A DNA stretch of 62,976 nucleotides, filler included, from Lenisia limosa (GCA_001655205.1; 13 parts of 13 records of this genome joined end to end with filler, not necessarily neighbours in it), one strand, 5' to 3'; shown: positions 1 to 13,100, counted from the whole stretch's first letter. The notes: generated by a model from the letters alone, not told the origin. Translations and numbers: made by a program.

Positions 1-390
1 GATGAAATCGTAGTATAATGTTGTTCATTTTACTCATCTAAGGAAAAGTACCCAGCCGATCACGCTCTCCTGCCCCTTTCAGTCCAAAAACATAATCCAC
101 CCCCCCCCCTTCGAGCTGAAGTTTTAGTGGGCAAAGATGCTCCTGTAACGTTATGTCAAAAGCTGTTGTGTTTCCCTGTACGTTAATATTGTGTAATATA
201 TGTAGCTTGTACATTATGTTTCTAACCCAGGGAGTTTCTTCTTTTTATTTTCCCACGAAATTTGGATATCTTCTGCAAGACTTTTAAATACATCAGAATT
301 AAATGACAGGACAAAAAAGAGCTATTCAAAAGAAGGCAGAATTGTTGCCGCATATGGGTACCCAAACAACAAAAGGTTGGTAAAACTGCT

Positions 391-1220
391 TCAGACATGA
401 CTTGAAAAGGCTGGACCAGTACCAAAAATGGCAAAAAGAGCAAGCTGGGGGGGGGGGGTGACATCATCTTGTGAATACTATATTTCTTGAGAACTGTGTT
501 AAGAAAAGGCAAGACAGAGACTTTCTCGCATCGCCAACCTGAAACGAACCCAAGAGAAGGCCGATAAGATTAGGGAACCAAATAAAGACATCTTGCATGG
601 CAAAACCCAAAAGAGTCCATAGAAGGCCGCCAATTGCAAACATCAAACACACACCGAAAGGCACTCCGTCCATGCTAAATATATTGGTAACATAATTGCT
701 TTGAAAAGCAACGATTCATAATCTGAAAACGGAAGTATATAGTTGAACCACTACTGCAAATTGAAACCAAAATCCCCCNNNNNNNNNNNNNNNNNNNNNN
801 NNNNNNNNNNNNNNNNNNNNNNNNNNNNNNNNNNNNNNNNNNNNNNNNNNNNNNNNNNNNNNNNNNNNNNNNNNNNNNNNNNNNNNNNNNNNNNNNACCA
901 CTTTTGGAAATACATATCATATGTATAAAGAAAAATATTATGAAATACTTGGAAGAACAACAAGAGAGATGGATCGATAGCATTCCCCCCAACCAAGGGC
1001 ATCTGCCATTGCAGCTTCTACTGTTTTCCCGACTACTGAGGTGGGCGAAACTAAATTGCAGTGAAAAGGAACATTTAATCATTCTGTTGAGCATTTCAGG
1101 AAAGATAAGATAGACAGTTCTTTGCACCTCCCAACCTGTCATTGCTAGCATATGGGAGAAACGCGATAGTGTGAGAACAACCATAATAAACCCAACCACG
1201 CATGTTATTCGCATCCGCAA
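391..1220 (-). CDS. SWEET/MtN3-like sugar transporter, C-terminal exons (partial, spliced)
   Basis: Exon 674-539 reads MDGVPFGVCLMFAIGGLLWTLLGFAMQDVFIWFPNLIGLLLGSFQ, matching the second MtN3 repeat pattern (PF...LW..G...D.FI..PN..G..LG..Q). A GT-AG intron 538-445 joins it in phase to LALFAIFGTGPAFSSHV* (stop 391-393). Upstream hydrophobic exons near 1100-1220 and 720-777 are less certain. Confidence 0.7.
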
Positions 1221-3626
1221 GCGAATCTAAGGGGTGAGAGATAACTCTTCCCAAGCCAGTAATGAAAAAAATCTCATTTTAGTGTACACATTCTGTTGAG
1301 GAATCAAATAGGATTGAGAACTAAAAACTTACGAAACTGGTTTACAAGAAACATATTTCCCACCTGCGCTTGTAGGTCAGAATAAATGTACGTGATTGCT
1401 ACGTACACCACGTTTGTAGAAATTCCAAGAATGTTGAGGAGGATCAAAAAATGTGACGACTTCAGAATACCTGGGTTGTTATTATTCTGCTTTAATCCAC
1501 AGCCATTCACAAGGCAATACTACGAAGTGAATGAGATCAGTAATAAGGTTTATCCCCCAAAAAAAAAAACATGGTGTAATATATTAGGTGAAAAAAACTC
1601 AGGGTATAGTATACGAATGAAGAATATGCAGGATCAATTTGGAAACTCGAGTAACCACTGACAAAAAGGACAATATGGATTGCACTAAAAATTCTACGAA
1701 CAGCAAAGAATACAGCAGATCCCATGTTTTCAAAAACAAAACACAAATGGAAGGTGGGTGGCTTCCTACCATATACACAAACAAGACTGCTGTTTGTGAT
1801 TGTTGCAAGGAAAACATCTGGGTTGAGTGCACCTGCGGACCTTGCCTTTATTACCGACTGCATCATTGTTCTGGAGAAGACCAATCAACAACTGAGAGAG
1901 AAAAAGAGCATACTATGTCTGTATAAAATGTAATATACACTATTTCATAAAAATGATATATATAGCACATATTTCACTGTCGCACATCCGAAGGACATAA
2001 AACACAAATTATTTCCCTCTTACACTGCAGAGAAATACATGATAATATTGGCTATTGTACATAGCCCCTGTAGTAGAGCCACTGGTGTCATTATATTAGA
2101 AGGAATCAGAACGAGAAAGGTATCTCAGTTGGAATGGTGATTTAGGTTTTGTTACCAATGCTGTCCTGATTAGGTCCTGATCCACCAAAACCCCAAAACC
2201 ACCACAGAAGAGACTGCGTTTGTTGATGGTTGGATGGAGTGATGGAGTCAGGCAATCGGTTCAGATCGATGATCAAAGTAACTTGCCTCCTTTTTGCTTT
2301 TTGCAGGAGGTTAAGCGGAGAAGCGGTACAAGCGGAGGAAGTAATATTGAGATATTGATAGATAAAAATCAGGAGTTAGGTTGGAGAGCAGAGGACTGTA
2401 CGTCAGTTTTTTCTTGTGCTCTCAGCAATGAAGGGCAGAGACGCGACAGAGATAAATCTCTTTGCAAGTATGATATGCAAATATTTAAAAAATGGCATAA
2501 CATTCCAGATACAAGACTTGAGATTCCAAATGAAAACGAAACAACGCTCTGCGAGCTCTCTGGATCTCTTTGTAGGGATATTAGTCTCATATTTTAATAA
2601 ATGTTTATATATCTGGATATTAGCCGTGAAACGGTTCTCCTCACGCGTTCAGTAACTGTCACATCACCTGATGATTATTCTCTCACAGAATACCTTGCTG
2701 CTGAGGTTGGAGGACTCTCACTGCCACTGTGTTTTGTTTCTTCTAGTATTTCTGCCTGATAAAAATTATATGTTCCAGATGGAAAAATCTGCCTCATATC
2801 CATAACTGTTTAGGGAGAAGTTTTCCCCAACATCAGCGTCGATCAAGGCCATTCAAAAGACGAGTGAGGGTTTTACACCAAGCTCTGTTATCCTTTTTTT
2901 TAAGTGCTATCGTTTCCTATACATCTTTTTTAAAACCCTCTTCCTTTATTCAAGCAATGTCCCCCGAGTATGTTTCCTCATTAATGTCATTTCCCCAGAC
3001 ACCAAACAGCTGCGGACATTCATACTGTTATTGACGCGACGCCTGTTTGTGTACCGAAATATTTTGAAATCAATAAAAATGTAAGCCCTTTGAATTTAAA
3101 TTCTTGAATGTTAGGGTGGTCGCTTTGATATGTAAATATTATACATAGTACATAGTATAGTAGAATATGATATTGTCATTTTTGTTAGCAACAAGAGTGA
3201 CAATTCTCTGAGTTATAGTATGCCATATTCTTAGCAAAATTTTCCGTAAATTTCAAAAAAAATCACAGATAGAGGAAAATTCACAGATATATGGACGGTG
3301 TGATATATACTAATATTATATATTTCGATATAGTACAAGTTTTTCCATGTGGGAGGGGGGGGGGTCGCGCCAGCGACCGAAATATAGATACACAGTATCA
3401 TATCATATAATACACAAGATATATATAATATTTATACGTATATATTTAAGATTGTTTCTGATGTCACCGATTATGATTTTTAAACTATCAGAAGTTCGTG
3501 ATATTACTAATTTCTTATTGGTTATGGACAATTATTTCGAAAATACTATGAAACAAGTTTGAATACATAATAAGGCCTCTTCAGCTCTGCGAAGAAAACT
3601 ACTTGGGCTTCGCCCGCATGGGTATG

Positions 3627-3710
3627 GATTTTCCCACTTTTCCAGTAGTTTTCCTGGAAGGAAAATTCACTGTATATTCCCAGAAAAACTACTGGAAAAG
3701 TGGGAAAATC
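3627..3710. repeat. Inverted repeat / hairpin with 26-bp perfect arms
   Basis: gattttcccacttttccagtagtttt (3627-3652) is the exact reverse complement of aaaactactggaaaagtgggaaaatc (3685-3710); pairing extends a few bases inward with a mismatch. Confidence 0.85.
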
Positions 3711-4891
3711 CCGACTCAAGTGTTTTCCAATCGAATTCCCCCTCGTTTTTTTACTCGTGGTTGTCTTCCTTTTGTTACTCGGAGTTTTCTGTTGAGGAAA
3801 AATACAGTAATTTTCTGGGAAAAGCTTATTCAATTGTTACCGCTTCCCCCTCTCCCAGAATGTTTTCCTGGAAACAGGCGAGCAAACATCCCGTCAAAAG
3901 ATCTCAGAATTGCTGAATGAGTTTTGGAGTTCAGTGACATCGGCAACCGAATGGGCTGAACAATGCTACAGTTGTCTTGTAAGGGGGTGGGGGTGATGTT
4001 TTCACATGCAATATAAAGGTTGTATATGATATATAGTATATATTATTATTTTACTCTCTGTTTATCCGCCTCCTTTGCCCTTTTAATAGACGTGCGTTAA
4101 GTCCAAATAGTGGTTCTCATTTTTTTTTTAGTTTGGAGCCAAGCGTAACGTTGAGGACTTCTGTGATTCTATTGGCCCCATCAGAGCGATATCATGGCAT
4201 CCAGTTATCCCAAAGGTAATCACAAATTAGTCTTTACAATCTTTAGCAATGTTATGTTACAAGTTAGTTGTATTCACATCTGACTCTACAGATTTGTATT
4301 GCTACTCTTGACTCAGTGTTCATTTATGATGTTTTAGCTGCTGGTTTGTGGGATTTTATACTATTACCAGATATAGTATTCCTCATTCCTATTCAACCAT
4401 TTTTTGTTGAGGTTAACGCCAATGTTAAGCTGTGTTTTATTTTTTGACAGAACAATGATAATGCTCCCAAAATTATTCAGGCATGAACCCCATATATTAC
4501 AGCGAAATGTACACTGTTTGAGGATATTTTTCTCTTTTCTCTTTTCCCTTTTTCTTTTTTCTTTTCTCTTTTTTAATGATCATCCACTAAGGCAATGATC
4601 TCAATGGGGCTCAAGGAGTGTTGTGGTTGCAGGGGGGAAGGTAAACTGAGTTGCTATAATGATTAGAGGGGGACGGGTGAAAGAGTACTACTCACTTTGT
4701 GGGGGATGGAATTTAATTGTTATACATCAAATTGAAGGACAACGTTACTTCCGATCGGGGTAGAAGTGGAAAGTGGAGTTGATAAAGAAGTGGAGATTGA
4801 GGAAAATTGGAGGGGGNNNNNNNNNNNNNNNNNNNNNNNNNNNNNNNNNNNNNNNNNNNNNNNNNNNNNNNNNNNNNNNNNNNNNNNNNNN

Positions 4892-7800
4892 ATTGAGATA
4901 GTCCGCATAGAGCAGCAGACTGGACCGTGGAAGGTCATAGTAGGGGACTGAGTGAGGTGGTTGCCTGCGACGCCTCGGGCTATTCTGTAATCGCAAGTTA
5001 CAATAAAGTCTCTCTTGAAACTAGGATCATAAAGATCCAGCGGTTGACTACAAGCTATGTCGCCAAAACACTTTGTTTAACTCTTAAAGATGTACAAAAC
5101 ACAGTTAAGATCAACTTTTGAGGTGGCCTGAAAGATGAGTTCAGGAAAACAGAAAAACTCAACTTTTTTTTTGAGATCCTTCTGGAAGATTGAAGTTTTG
5201 TCCAAGAATGGACCGACGAACCTAGAACGTCCTCAATGAGAGCACATAATTGGCGATGGTGTTTAAAGTGAAACCCAGTAACGTGTTGAATGTCCAAAAT
5301 AAGAATCTAGTGTATAAAAAGAGGCGATCTTGGAGGCGGATATGAGGGTCTTATAGTAACGTATGAATATAATATGTAGCTAATTACAGTATATGTATTT
5401 ATGCACGTGTTATTGAGTTGAATCAATATTTCCTACTTAAGGCTGACAGAACCATCCACAACATGAAGTTNNNNNNNNNNATGCACACAGTTTTGCACCT
5501 CTATCGTATCCGTTGCATTCAGCCCATTATATTTCTCGTAATAATTCCAGTTTGCAGAGAGGGTGTATTACAACGCTATTGTTTTAAATACTAATTATAC
5601 AATATTTGAAGAAGAAATGAAGGCAGAAAATCAGCAGAGTATCGAGAAATTGCAGGATCACTCTTTGATCACTAAAATGGACCACTGTTAAATGACAGCA
5701 AGCCAGCTTTTTACCGGTAGAGCTGATTCTCTTTTAGACTGCGAATATTCATTTTTAGTGTTATTGACACAATCTGAGCCCAGAATATCTTATTTCCTAC
5801 CTTCAGTATACGGAAGAGTTTTCACTACTAGGTTACTAGACTTTTCTGAGCCTTTGTATACAGTGTATGTTGATATTAGGGTAAGCTTGGAGACGGATTC
5901 ACTGAAAAAGGGTTGTTTTTAAACTTCTTTCACGAGCTTGGTTCCCCCTTTTCCTTGACCCATACAACCTTATACAATAATTAGGGGTTTTGAGTTTGAT
6001 GACCCTTTAAAAATGTGACCAAAATCATTTTTGCAGTAAAGTCTATATTGAATCTAGGATCATAGAGACCCAGCGGTTGACTACAAAGAAACATCCACGA
6101 TCACCAGGTACCCCCAGTTTTCTAGTTAGCATTCCCGCCGCCGCCACCTAATCATGTTGTTCTCTTTTCCCTTTTTTTCTCTCTATATTTTTGCTCCATT
6201 TACTGGTAGTTTATGTGTTTGTGTAAAGGGAGCGGTAATTGGGGCTTGGCTCGCCTTCTGGTGACAGTGAAGGGCTAGATGACTGGATAATCGTCGATCC
6301 TTGAGCTAAGTCAAGCAGGTACATGAGGTAGGGTTCCCATTGGGGGTAACAGACATTTTTGAAAGGACAAGAAATGTATTTATCGAAAAAAACATTCAGA
6401 AACTTTTTGAAAAGACAAAAATAGAATATATCGAAGATGAAAAATCATAAACACATAAACTACCAGTAAATGAAGCAAGAAAAGAGAACAACATGGCTAG
6501 GTGGCGGCGACGGGAATGCTCGTTGAACTTGGCGGCCAAAACGGAAGCGGAAACAGCCTAAAACATAGACTGGTCGCGGCGGGCCAAGAGAACAACAGTG
6601 TTTACCAAGAACAGACTAACCCAGTGAAACACTCCGTAAGACATAAAGCACATTGAGAACCCGGATATCAAGTCAAGGCAGCGGTAGTTGCGGCGGCAGC
6701 GGAGAAGCTGAGAGACTTGAGACGGAGAAGCTGAGAGACTCGGGAGATTCAGGGGGGCCAGGACCCTCGGGAAGAAGGGCACAGTGGGCGTTCCAAACCG
6801 CGAGAGAGATGAGGGAGGTTCTTGAGCATCTTCTTGTCAAAAATGGGGGCAAGGGACTCAGTGTTCTGTGGGCAGATTCTGGCTGCCGACTTTAGGATCG
6901 CTCGGGGTATCACGAATAACCACCTCTCTCTCTCCCCGACCATGACCTTCTCTGGCCCGGTCTGCCCGTCTATGCGGGACTACTTGAGCTACCTCACGGA
7001 AAACAATCTCACTATTTACACTTTTATTTTCCTTCACCCTTAGCTACTGCAACTATCAGTAGCAACGGCACTTCCACCGCTCCCAGCTCCCTCCACCTCC
7101 CAATGTTCTCCCCGGGGACCTGTCTTCATCTAGGCAATGATTGGAGCTGTCGCCATACAGTTTCATGTCCGCCCGTCAAACGGCTACTGGAGTGGCTCCA
7201 CTCCATCCCGACCTTCCGTTCCTGGCAACATAGTTGACATTCGAACAGACTCTTTTTCGGATCAGAGTTATCTGTTTCTTAACCCCAAAGGNNNNNNNNN
7301 NNNNNNNNNNNNNNNNNNNNNNNNNNNNNNNNNNNNNNNNNNNNNNNNNNNNNNNNNNNNNNNNNNNNNNNNNNNNNNNNNNNNNNNNNNNNNNNNNNNN
7401 NNNNNNNNNNNNNNNNNNNNNNNNNNNNNNNTGTCTCTTCGTCCTCTGCCGCCGACAGACGTTGATTTTGTCACTTTTACCCCCGGATCCCCTACGCCGA
7501 TTACTCAACCCGAGTCTTACTCACTGTCGCCGTCATTATCACCTTCTATCTTGCCTTCTCCGCCCCCTCGCCGGAAGAGACCTAAGTCGCCAACAGCTGC
7601 CAGACCGTTAGCGTCGCGGAACAGAGGTGTACCAGGGCGACGAGAGCGAGTGTGGCCAGATTGTGGAGGCGATGATCTTGTTTATCTCAGCCGAGGGGAC
7701 CTGGTCATAGGAGAGACGAGCTAAGGAGGATGTCCTTGATCTCAGCAGCAATGGGGCCCCGGAGGTCAACAATTTTTGGGTGTTGGCACACGGACAAGAG

Positions 7801-8660
7801 GTGACGAAGAGATTCCGTATGAGGTGGATTATCTGGGGGGCAAAATAATTTTTCTTTTTGCAAGTGTAAACGTTTATTTATAAAGAAAGAGAGAGGAAAC
7901 GAAATAAACAAAAAATACAAGGGCAAACAATTTGAAAGGACAAAAAATGTATTAATCGTAAAAACATTCAGTAAAACAAAGATAAAAAAAGATACAGTGG
8001 ACGGGGACGGAATGGAGGGAGGGTGATCTCTTCTGGAGCGGGGCGGTGGGCGGTCTGGGCGGCGGGTAAACAGACNNNNNNNNNNNNNNNNNNNNNNNNN
8101 NNNNNNNNNNNNNNNNNNNNNNNNNNNNNNNNNNNNNNNNNNNNNNNNNNNNNNNNNNNNNNNNNNNNNNNNNNNNNNNNNNNNNNNNNNNNNNNNNNNN
8201 NNNNNNNNNNNNNNNNGTAGGTGGAGGTATGAGGGAAAGAAGGGGTAAAGTTGGTAGGGTGGTTAAGGGTGAGGTTGGAACAAAGGTGAGGTTAGTGAGG
8301 TGGTGGGATGTGAGCTACGTCAGGTACTCCCGGAACGACGGACATGTGGCCATGGAAGGTCATGATCGGGTGGGTGGTGAGGTTATATATTGTTTTTTGA
8401 AAGGACAAGAAATGTATTTATCGAAAAACATTCAGTAAACAAAAGATAATAAAGATGCATAGGAGAGTGGCGGCGGAGTNNNNNNNNNNNNNNNNNNNNN
8501 NNNNNNNNNNNNNNNNNNNNNNNNNNNNNNNNNNNNNNNNNNNNNNNNNNNNNNNNNNNNNNNNNNNNNNNNNNNNNNNNNNNNNNNNNNNNNNNNNNNN
8601 AAGAGCGAGGTGGCGGAATTACAATATACAATAAAAAAATAATAATAATAAAAAAAACTA
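4892..8660 (-). mobile_element. Cluster of decayed, truncated non-LTR retrotransposon-like fragments
   Basis: Minus strand 7842-7780 reads C....PHTESLRHLLSVC, resembling the ORF2 C-terminal E-x-x-x-H-L-L-x-x-C zinc motif. LAVWNAHCALL lies at ~6815-6770. A shared putative 3' end (ctgaatgtttttcgataaatacatttcttgtcctttcaaaa) occurs three times on the minus strand (6356-6399, 7931-7971, 8393-8435). A paralogous segment MTFxGPxCPSxRDYL occurs at 4893-4940(-), 6942-6990(+) and 8316-8364(-) with stops/frameshifts. No RT domain is visible. Confidence 0.6.
5001..6086 (+). repeat. Pair of ~53-bp imperfect direct repeats about 1 kb apart
   Basis: caataaagtctctcttgaaactaggatcataaagatccagcggttgactacaa (5001-5053) versus cagtaaagtctatattgaatctaggatcatagagacccagcggttgactacaa (~6034-6086). 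Confidence 0.75.
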
Positions 8661-8698
8661 GGAACGGCTTCCAATTTGCAAAGCGTAACTTTGTCTGT

Positions 8699-8770
8699 GA
8701 ATCCTTGGCGCAATGGTAACGCGTTCGACTCCAGATCGAAAGATTGGGGGTTCGATTCCCTCAGGGTTCA
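8699..8770 (+). tRNA. tRNA-Trp (anticodon CCA), eukaryotic type
   Basis: 72-nt cloverleaf: acceptor GAATCCT/AGGGTTC, D-arm TGGCGCAATGGTAACGCG, anticodon stem TTCGA-CT-CCA-GA-TCGAA, T-arm GGGGG-TTCGATT-CCCTC. No encoded CCA tail; followed by a TTTTT Pol III terminator. Confidence 0.97.
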
Positions 8771-8839
8771 CATTTTTGTCCTTCTCTTTTTTCTCTTTTC
8801 TCTTTTTTAATTTTTTTATTTGCATAACTTACATTGTAG

Positions 8840-10057
8840 AATGGTGGCCATCGCCACTCACAAACATCAGGATAAAGAACATCAGGGCGGTTGAGTGGTG
8901 CAAGTCAGGTTTCCACCACATTGCAGTTGGATGTAAGTGATGGTGTTCGCATGTAATACAGTAACATGAAATGGTCATTTGGCTTTTTTTTTTTTTTGAT
9001 ATATATATCATCATACCTTTTTAACATTTCTCTTGCAGGTTATGATACGAAATCCATTTTTGAAATCGATTATTCCTCCTCAGGTGACGCTGGAGTTGCT
9101 TTGTGGCGTATTGAAGGCCGCCCTGTACCTTCGACATTGCACTCAGGTCTGGGTGGCGAGAGGGGTATTCCCTAATGCTCTGTCTCTGCTATAGAGTTTT
9201 GAGTATTTTTTTTAGACAATCTACACAAAGGTATTGTTAAGGATCATTATTTGCAGGATCCCCAGCCCCCTCGAGTATACCTACCGTTGACAGCATTGCG
9301 GTTCATCTTTCTGTGTTTGCTGGAGCTTAAACATGTATTCATGGATACTGAAGGATCCGCTTATGTTCGGGAGTTTTAATATGATTCTTCTCACGGGTAT
9401 CAGGTTTGGTACCGATTTTGGATCAGTTACCAGTGTGTCGTGGAGTACGGATAGCCGGCACATTGCTGCCTCGTCACCACTGTTAGGAGGGGGGTTTAGT
9501 GGGGGAACCTTGGAGTTAAAACCTTGGAGTTTTGAGGTGGTTAGCCCCCAAAATGTTATCACCAACCCACTGCCTTATATTCAATTTTCCCTGCCTTAAA
9601 TGTAATTTCAACTTATCAGAAACAAATGAAGGGGGTAATGGGAGATTCTTTGTATATTTCTTTAACGTGATCTGACTGGTTATCACCGCACCAGTGATTA
9701 TTATTGCCTATACCCAAGCCAGACCACCCATTGCCTGCAAAATATTAATAATCATAATTATGTATATACATTTCCATTAGCCCTTTCCTTATACTAACTC
9801 TTACAGTTCAACTAAGCTCATGGTAGTGGATGTCAAGTCTGAAAAGGAGGTCTATTTACGGGTTAGTGGGTTCCATTTGTGAAAGGAGTTTTCTCGCCAT
9901 GTTATAACAGCAAGAATGCGTTGATGACATGGTTACTTTTGAAAGTAAAATTTCCTCTTTCATTCTTGGAAATGAAAAATGAAATATTTTCTGACCTGAC
10001 AATGACAGGCTACTTTCGGAGTCACTTCAGTTCACTGGTCCCCTGATGGACAGTTTG
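8840..10057 (+). CDS. WD40-repeat protein (partial, multi-exon, runs off contig end)
   Basis: Exons bounded by AG/GT encode IRAVEWCKSGFHHIAVG, GYDTKSIFEIDYSSSGDAGVALWRIEG, FGTDFGSVTSVSWSTDSRHIAASS, STKLMVVDVKSEKE and ATFGVTSVHWSPDGQF; these are typical WD40 strand patterns. Confidence 0.75.
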
Positions 10058-10157
10058 NNNNNNNNNNNNNNNNNNNNNNNNNNNNNNNNNNNNNNNNNNN
10101 NTTAATTAATTAANNNNNNNNNNNNNNNNNNNNNNNNNNNNNNNNNNNNNNNNNNNN
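10058..10157. other. Artificial contig spacer (44 N + TTAATTAATTAA + 44 N); first of 12
   Basis: Identical 100-bp structure with six-frame stops starts at 10058, 29090, 32960, 35332, 37141, 39827, 43630, 45689, 51275, 58359, 59668 and 61367; the sequence on either side is unrelated. Confidence 0.98.
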
Positions 10158-10159
10158 TC

Positions 10160-13100
10160 ACCAACACCAAGAAGGACGTCGCGACCGTTCTGACCTTTGC
10201 CGTCAACGAGGACCATGGTGCCATCCACCTCGCCGCCGACCTTGAAGTGCCCTTCCCTTGTACCGGCAACCATAAGGAAGCCTTCGGCAAGATCGACCTC
10301 TCAGCCGACCTCCCGAAGCACGACAAGCCCATGCACTTCACTGGAGACTTGGACTACCACTGTCTGCTCACTGACGACACTGCGCTTGTTGCCCATCTCT
10401 CTGCTGAGGACTTCAAGCTTGCCGGTCTCGACATCCACTCCATCACTGCCACAGCTGACGTGTCGCGCAAATGGCTCGAAGGACCCGCGCCGGCCAGTGA
10501 CAGCAACCGCCTCACCGGCAACTCCAACGCCAACGGTACCAAGCACGAGGCCTTTGTCTGGGACCTCGACGTTGCGGCCGAGGCTGTCGTTGACGCCGCT
10601 CATGTTGACGTTGATCTTAAGATCCACTCCGAGCCCGATATGCCTGCCACCTTCAAGGCCATGATCCACGCCGCCGGCTCCTGGAAGTGGGGCCCTGTCA
10701 CGCTCGACGCTGACGTGACGTTCCCCTGGCCTTGCGAGGATGGAGACGAGCAGCAGGTTGACGGAAGACTGACCCTTGTTCTGCCGTCGGATCACACCGC
10801 GACGGCCGATGCCAAGGCTACGCACACGTGCGGCGCCCACTCGAAATGGCGCGTCCAAGCCGTGTTCAACACCAACATCGTCATCCACAAGAGCATCCCG
10901 AACGTGGAGAAGGTCACCGTTGACATGGTCGGAAACATGCAGGACGACGGAACCATCATTTGGACCGGTAGCCTTGCTGGCAAGACCTACTGGCCCCTTG
11001 TCGGTCTCACCGTTACCGTGACGCAGGAGTTCCGCTGGACTGCTGCCACTGGCTACACCACCGTTGCCACCTTCGTTGACGGTGACGAGGCTGGACACTG
11101 GAGCGTTGCCGGACTCGACATCGGGCTGGACGGCCACTTCCACACCTCCATCCCTTGCACCGACAACGTCGACGTCAGCGCCAAGTTCAGCGCCACCCAC
11201 AAGGACTCCCTTGACGTTCACGGTGACGTCACGGCCCACCACCCCTGCATGGTCAGTCCCGCCAAGCCTCTGACCTGGATGATTGACGCCGACCTTGCAG
11301 CCAAGTTCCACATTGGCCCCATCAACATTGACTTGAAGGACCTCAGCATTCACGCCGAGGGCATCAAGGACTTCGCCGCCGTCGACCCCGACACGCATGT
11401 TGACGACGTGCCGCTTGTCTGGAACGGCAACGCCCACGTCCAGGAGCAATGGAGCTTTGTTGCTGGCGAGATTGACGCCTCTGTTGACCTCTCTTTCACT
11501 ACCAACACCTCTGCTGCCCACCCCGTGTCAGCAATGGTCCACCTCCACGACCATCTCAGCCTCAAGCCCATCGAGCTTGATGCTTCTCTTGACCTCTATC
11601 TGCCCTGCGAAGGCGACTCCAGCATCCAGCACGGCTCTCTGGACTTCACCCTGGTCCCGCCCGCCCACGCCGCGTCCCCTCTCGAAATCGACTGTGACGG
11701 TGAGTACCATTGCCTCGACAGCGACGCTAAGGAATGGCTCGCTACTGGCAAGCTTGCCCAGCCCTGGATTGTGCACAAGCTCAAGCTCAACGAGGTTGAG
11801 TTCCACGCCACCAAATGGCGCGTACCAGACCATTGGGACGGAGACGTCCGTGCCAAGGCCAACCTCTTCGGCATCACTCTTGACGCCACTATTTCATGGG
11901 ACACCGTCAATGCCGAGTCTGACACCGAGTGGCAGATCATCCTCGACGAGCATTCCCACAACGTATGGAAGGACGTCACTCTTGACACTGCTCTGCATTT
12001 CGCCTGGCCCTGCAAGTACGGCTGGAACCAGGCCGGTTCTGCTGATCTCTTCCTTCACGTCACCACCGCCACTCACACCGACTTCCACGCCTCCAGCACT
12101 GTGGAGCACTACTGCCAGGCCAAGGCTGGCGATGCCGCGTGGCGCGTCAACGCCACTCTTGCCGAGTTCAAGCCCGTCCCGATGCTCGATGCCTTCTCCG
12201 TAGACCTCTCCATGATCGGCAAGGCTGACGACCCCGAAGCCTCCATCTCGGATAACGCCCTGCACTGGTCCGGCACCATGGTCGGGAAGGCTTGGTGGAA
12301 CGCCGTCGGCCTTGAGGCCATTGTGACCTACTCCTTCGTTGTTCCCGACGGTCCGTCGTCCACTCACGCCGCCGTAGAGCTCCACAAGGAGTTTGGCAAC
12401 CCCGCCGCCACCGCTCTTCTTGTCGACTTCCATGCCGACACCGATCTGCCATGCAAGGACCACGTCAACTTCCGCGGCCATGTCGAGGTTGAGGTCCACA
12501 ACTCGGCCCGCATTGAGCTTGAAGCCGACGGCTGGTTCAACTGCAAGGCCCATGTTGGCGATACCAAGCTCATTTCAAGCACCAAGGTCGCCGACTCGCA
12601 ACAGGTCTGGAAGATTGACGGCCACTACGCCAACACCTGGAAGTACAAGGGCCTGGCCATCAACGACCGCGTCGACATCAAGGCCAATGGCTGGAGAGAC
12701 CTTCATGCTGCAGACCACCTTGTCTGGGACGGTGTCCTCGAGGGCCACGTCAACCTTGGCGGTGAATTCGGCGTCGTCACGGCCCGGGTTCCCTTCGACA
12801 CTCGTCCCAACGCCGTTGTTCCCCCCCTCATGATCGAGTGGGATCTCAGCTACAACTGGACCATTGGTCACGCCTGGGCCCAGGTCATCTTCGAGTACCC
12901 CTGCAAGGACCGCATGACCGGTAAGGGTGGCGTCGACATTGTCCTCGACCACACTGAGCTTGCCTTCGAAGCCTCCGTCGTGGACAGTTGCGACACCACC
13001 ACTAAGTACAGCGTTCAGTTCGGCGGCAAGCTCGTCAAGCCCGCCAAGATCTACGGCGTAACCATCACGGACGCACACGCCTCGCTGCTCAAGTTCAGAG

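Noticed and set aside
1386-2655. Short ORFs including a Cys-rich 95-aa frame at 1639-1926
   Set aside because: No recognisable motif, splice pattern or codon bias; cannot be supported as genes.
10102-10113. Palindromic TTAATTAATTAA recurring 12 times
   Set aside because: Always centred in exactly 44+44 N and stops all six frames: an artificial contig joiner, not a motif or CRISPR repeat.
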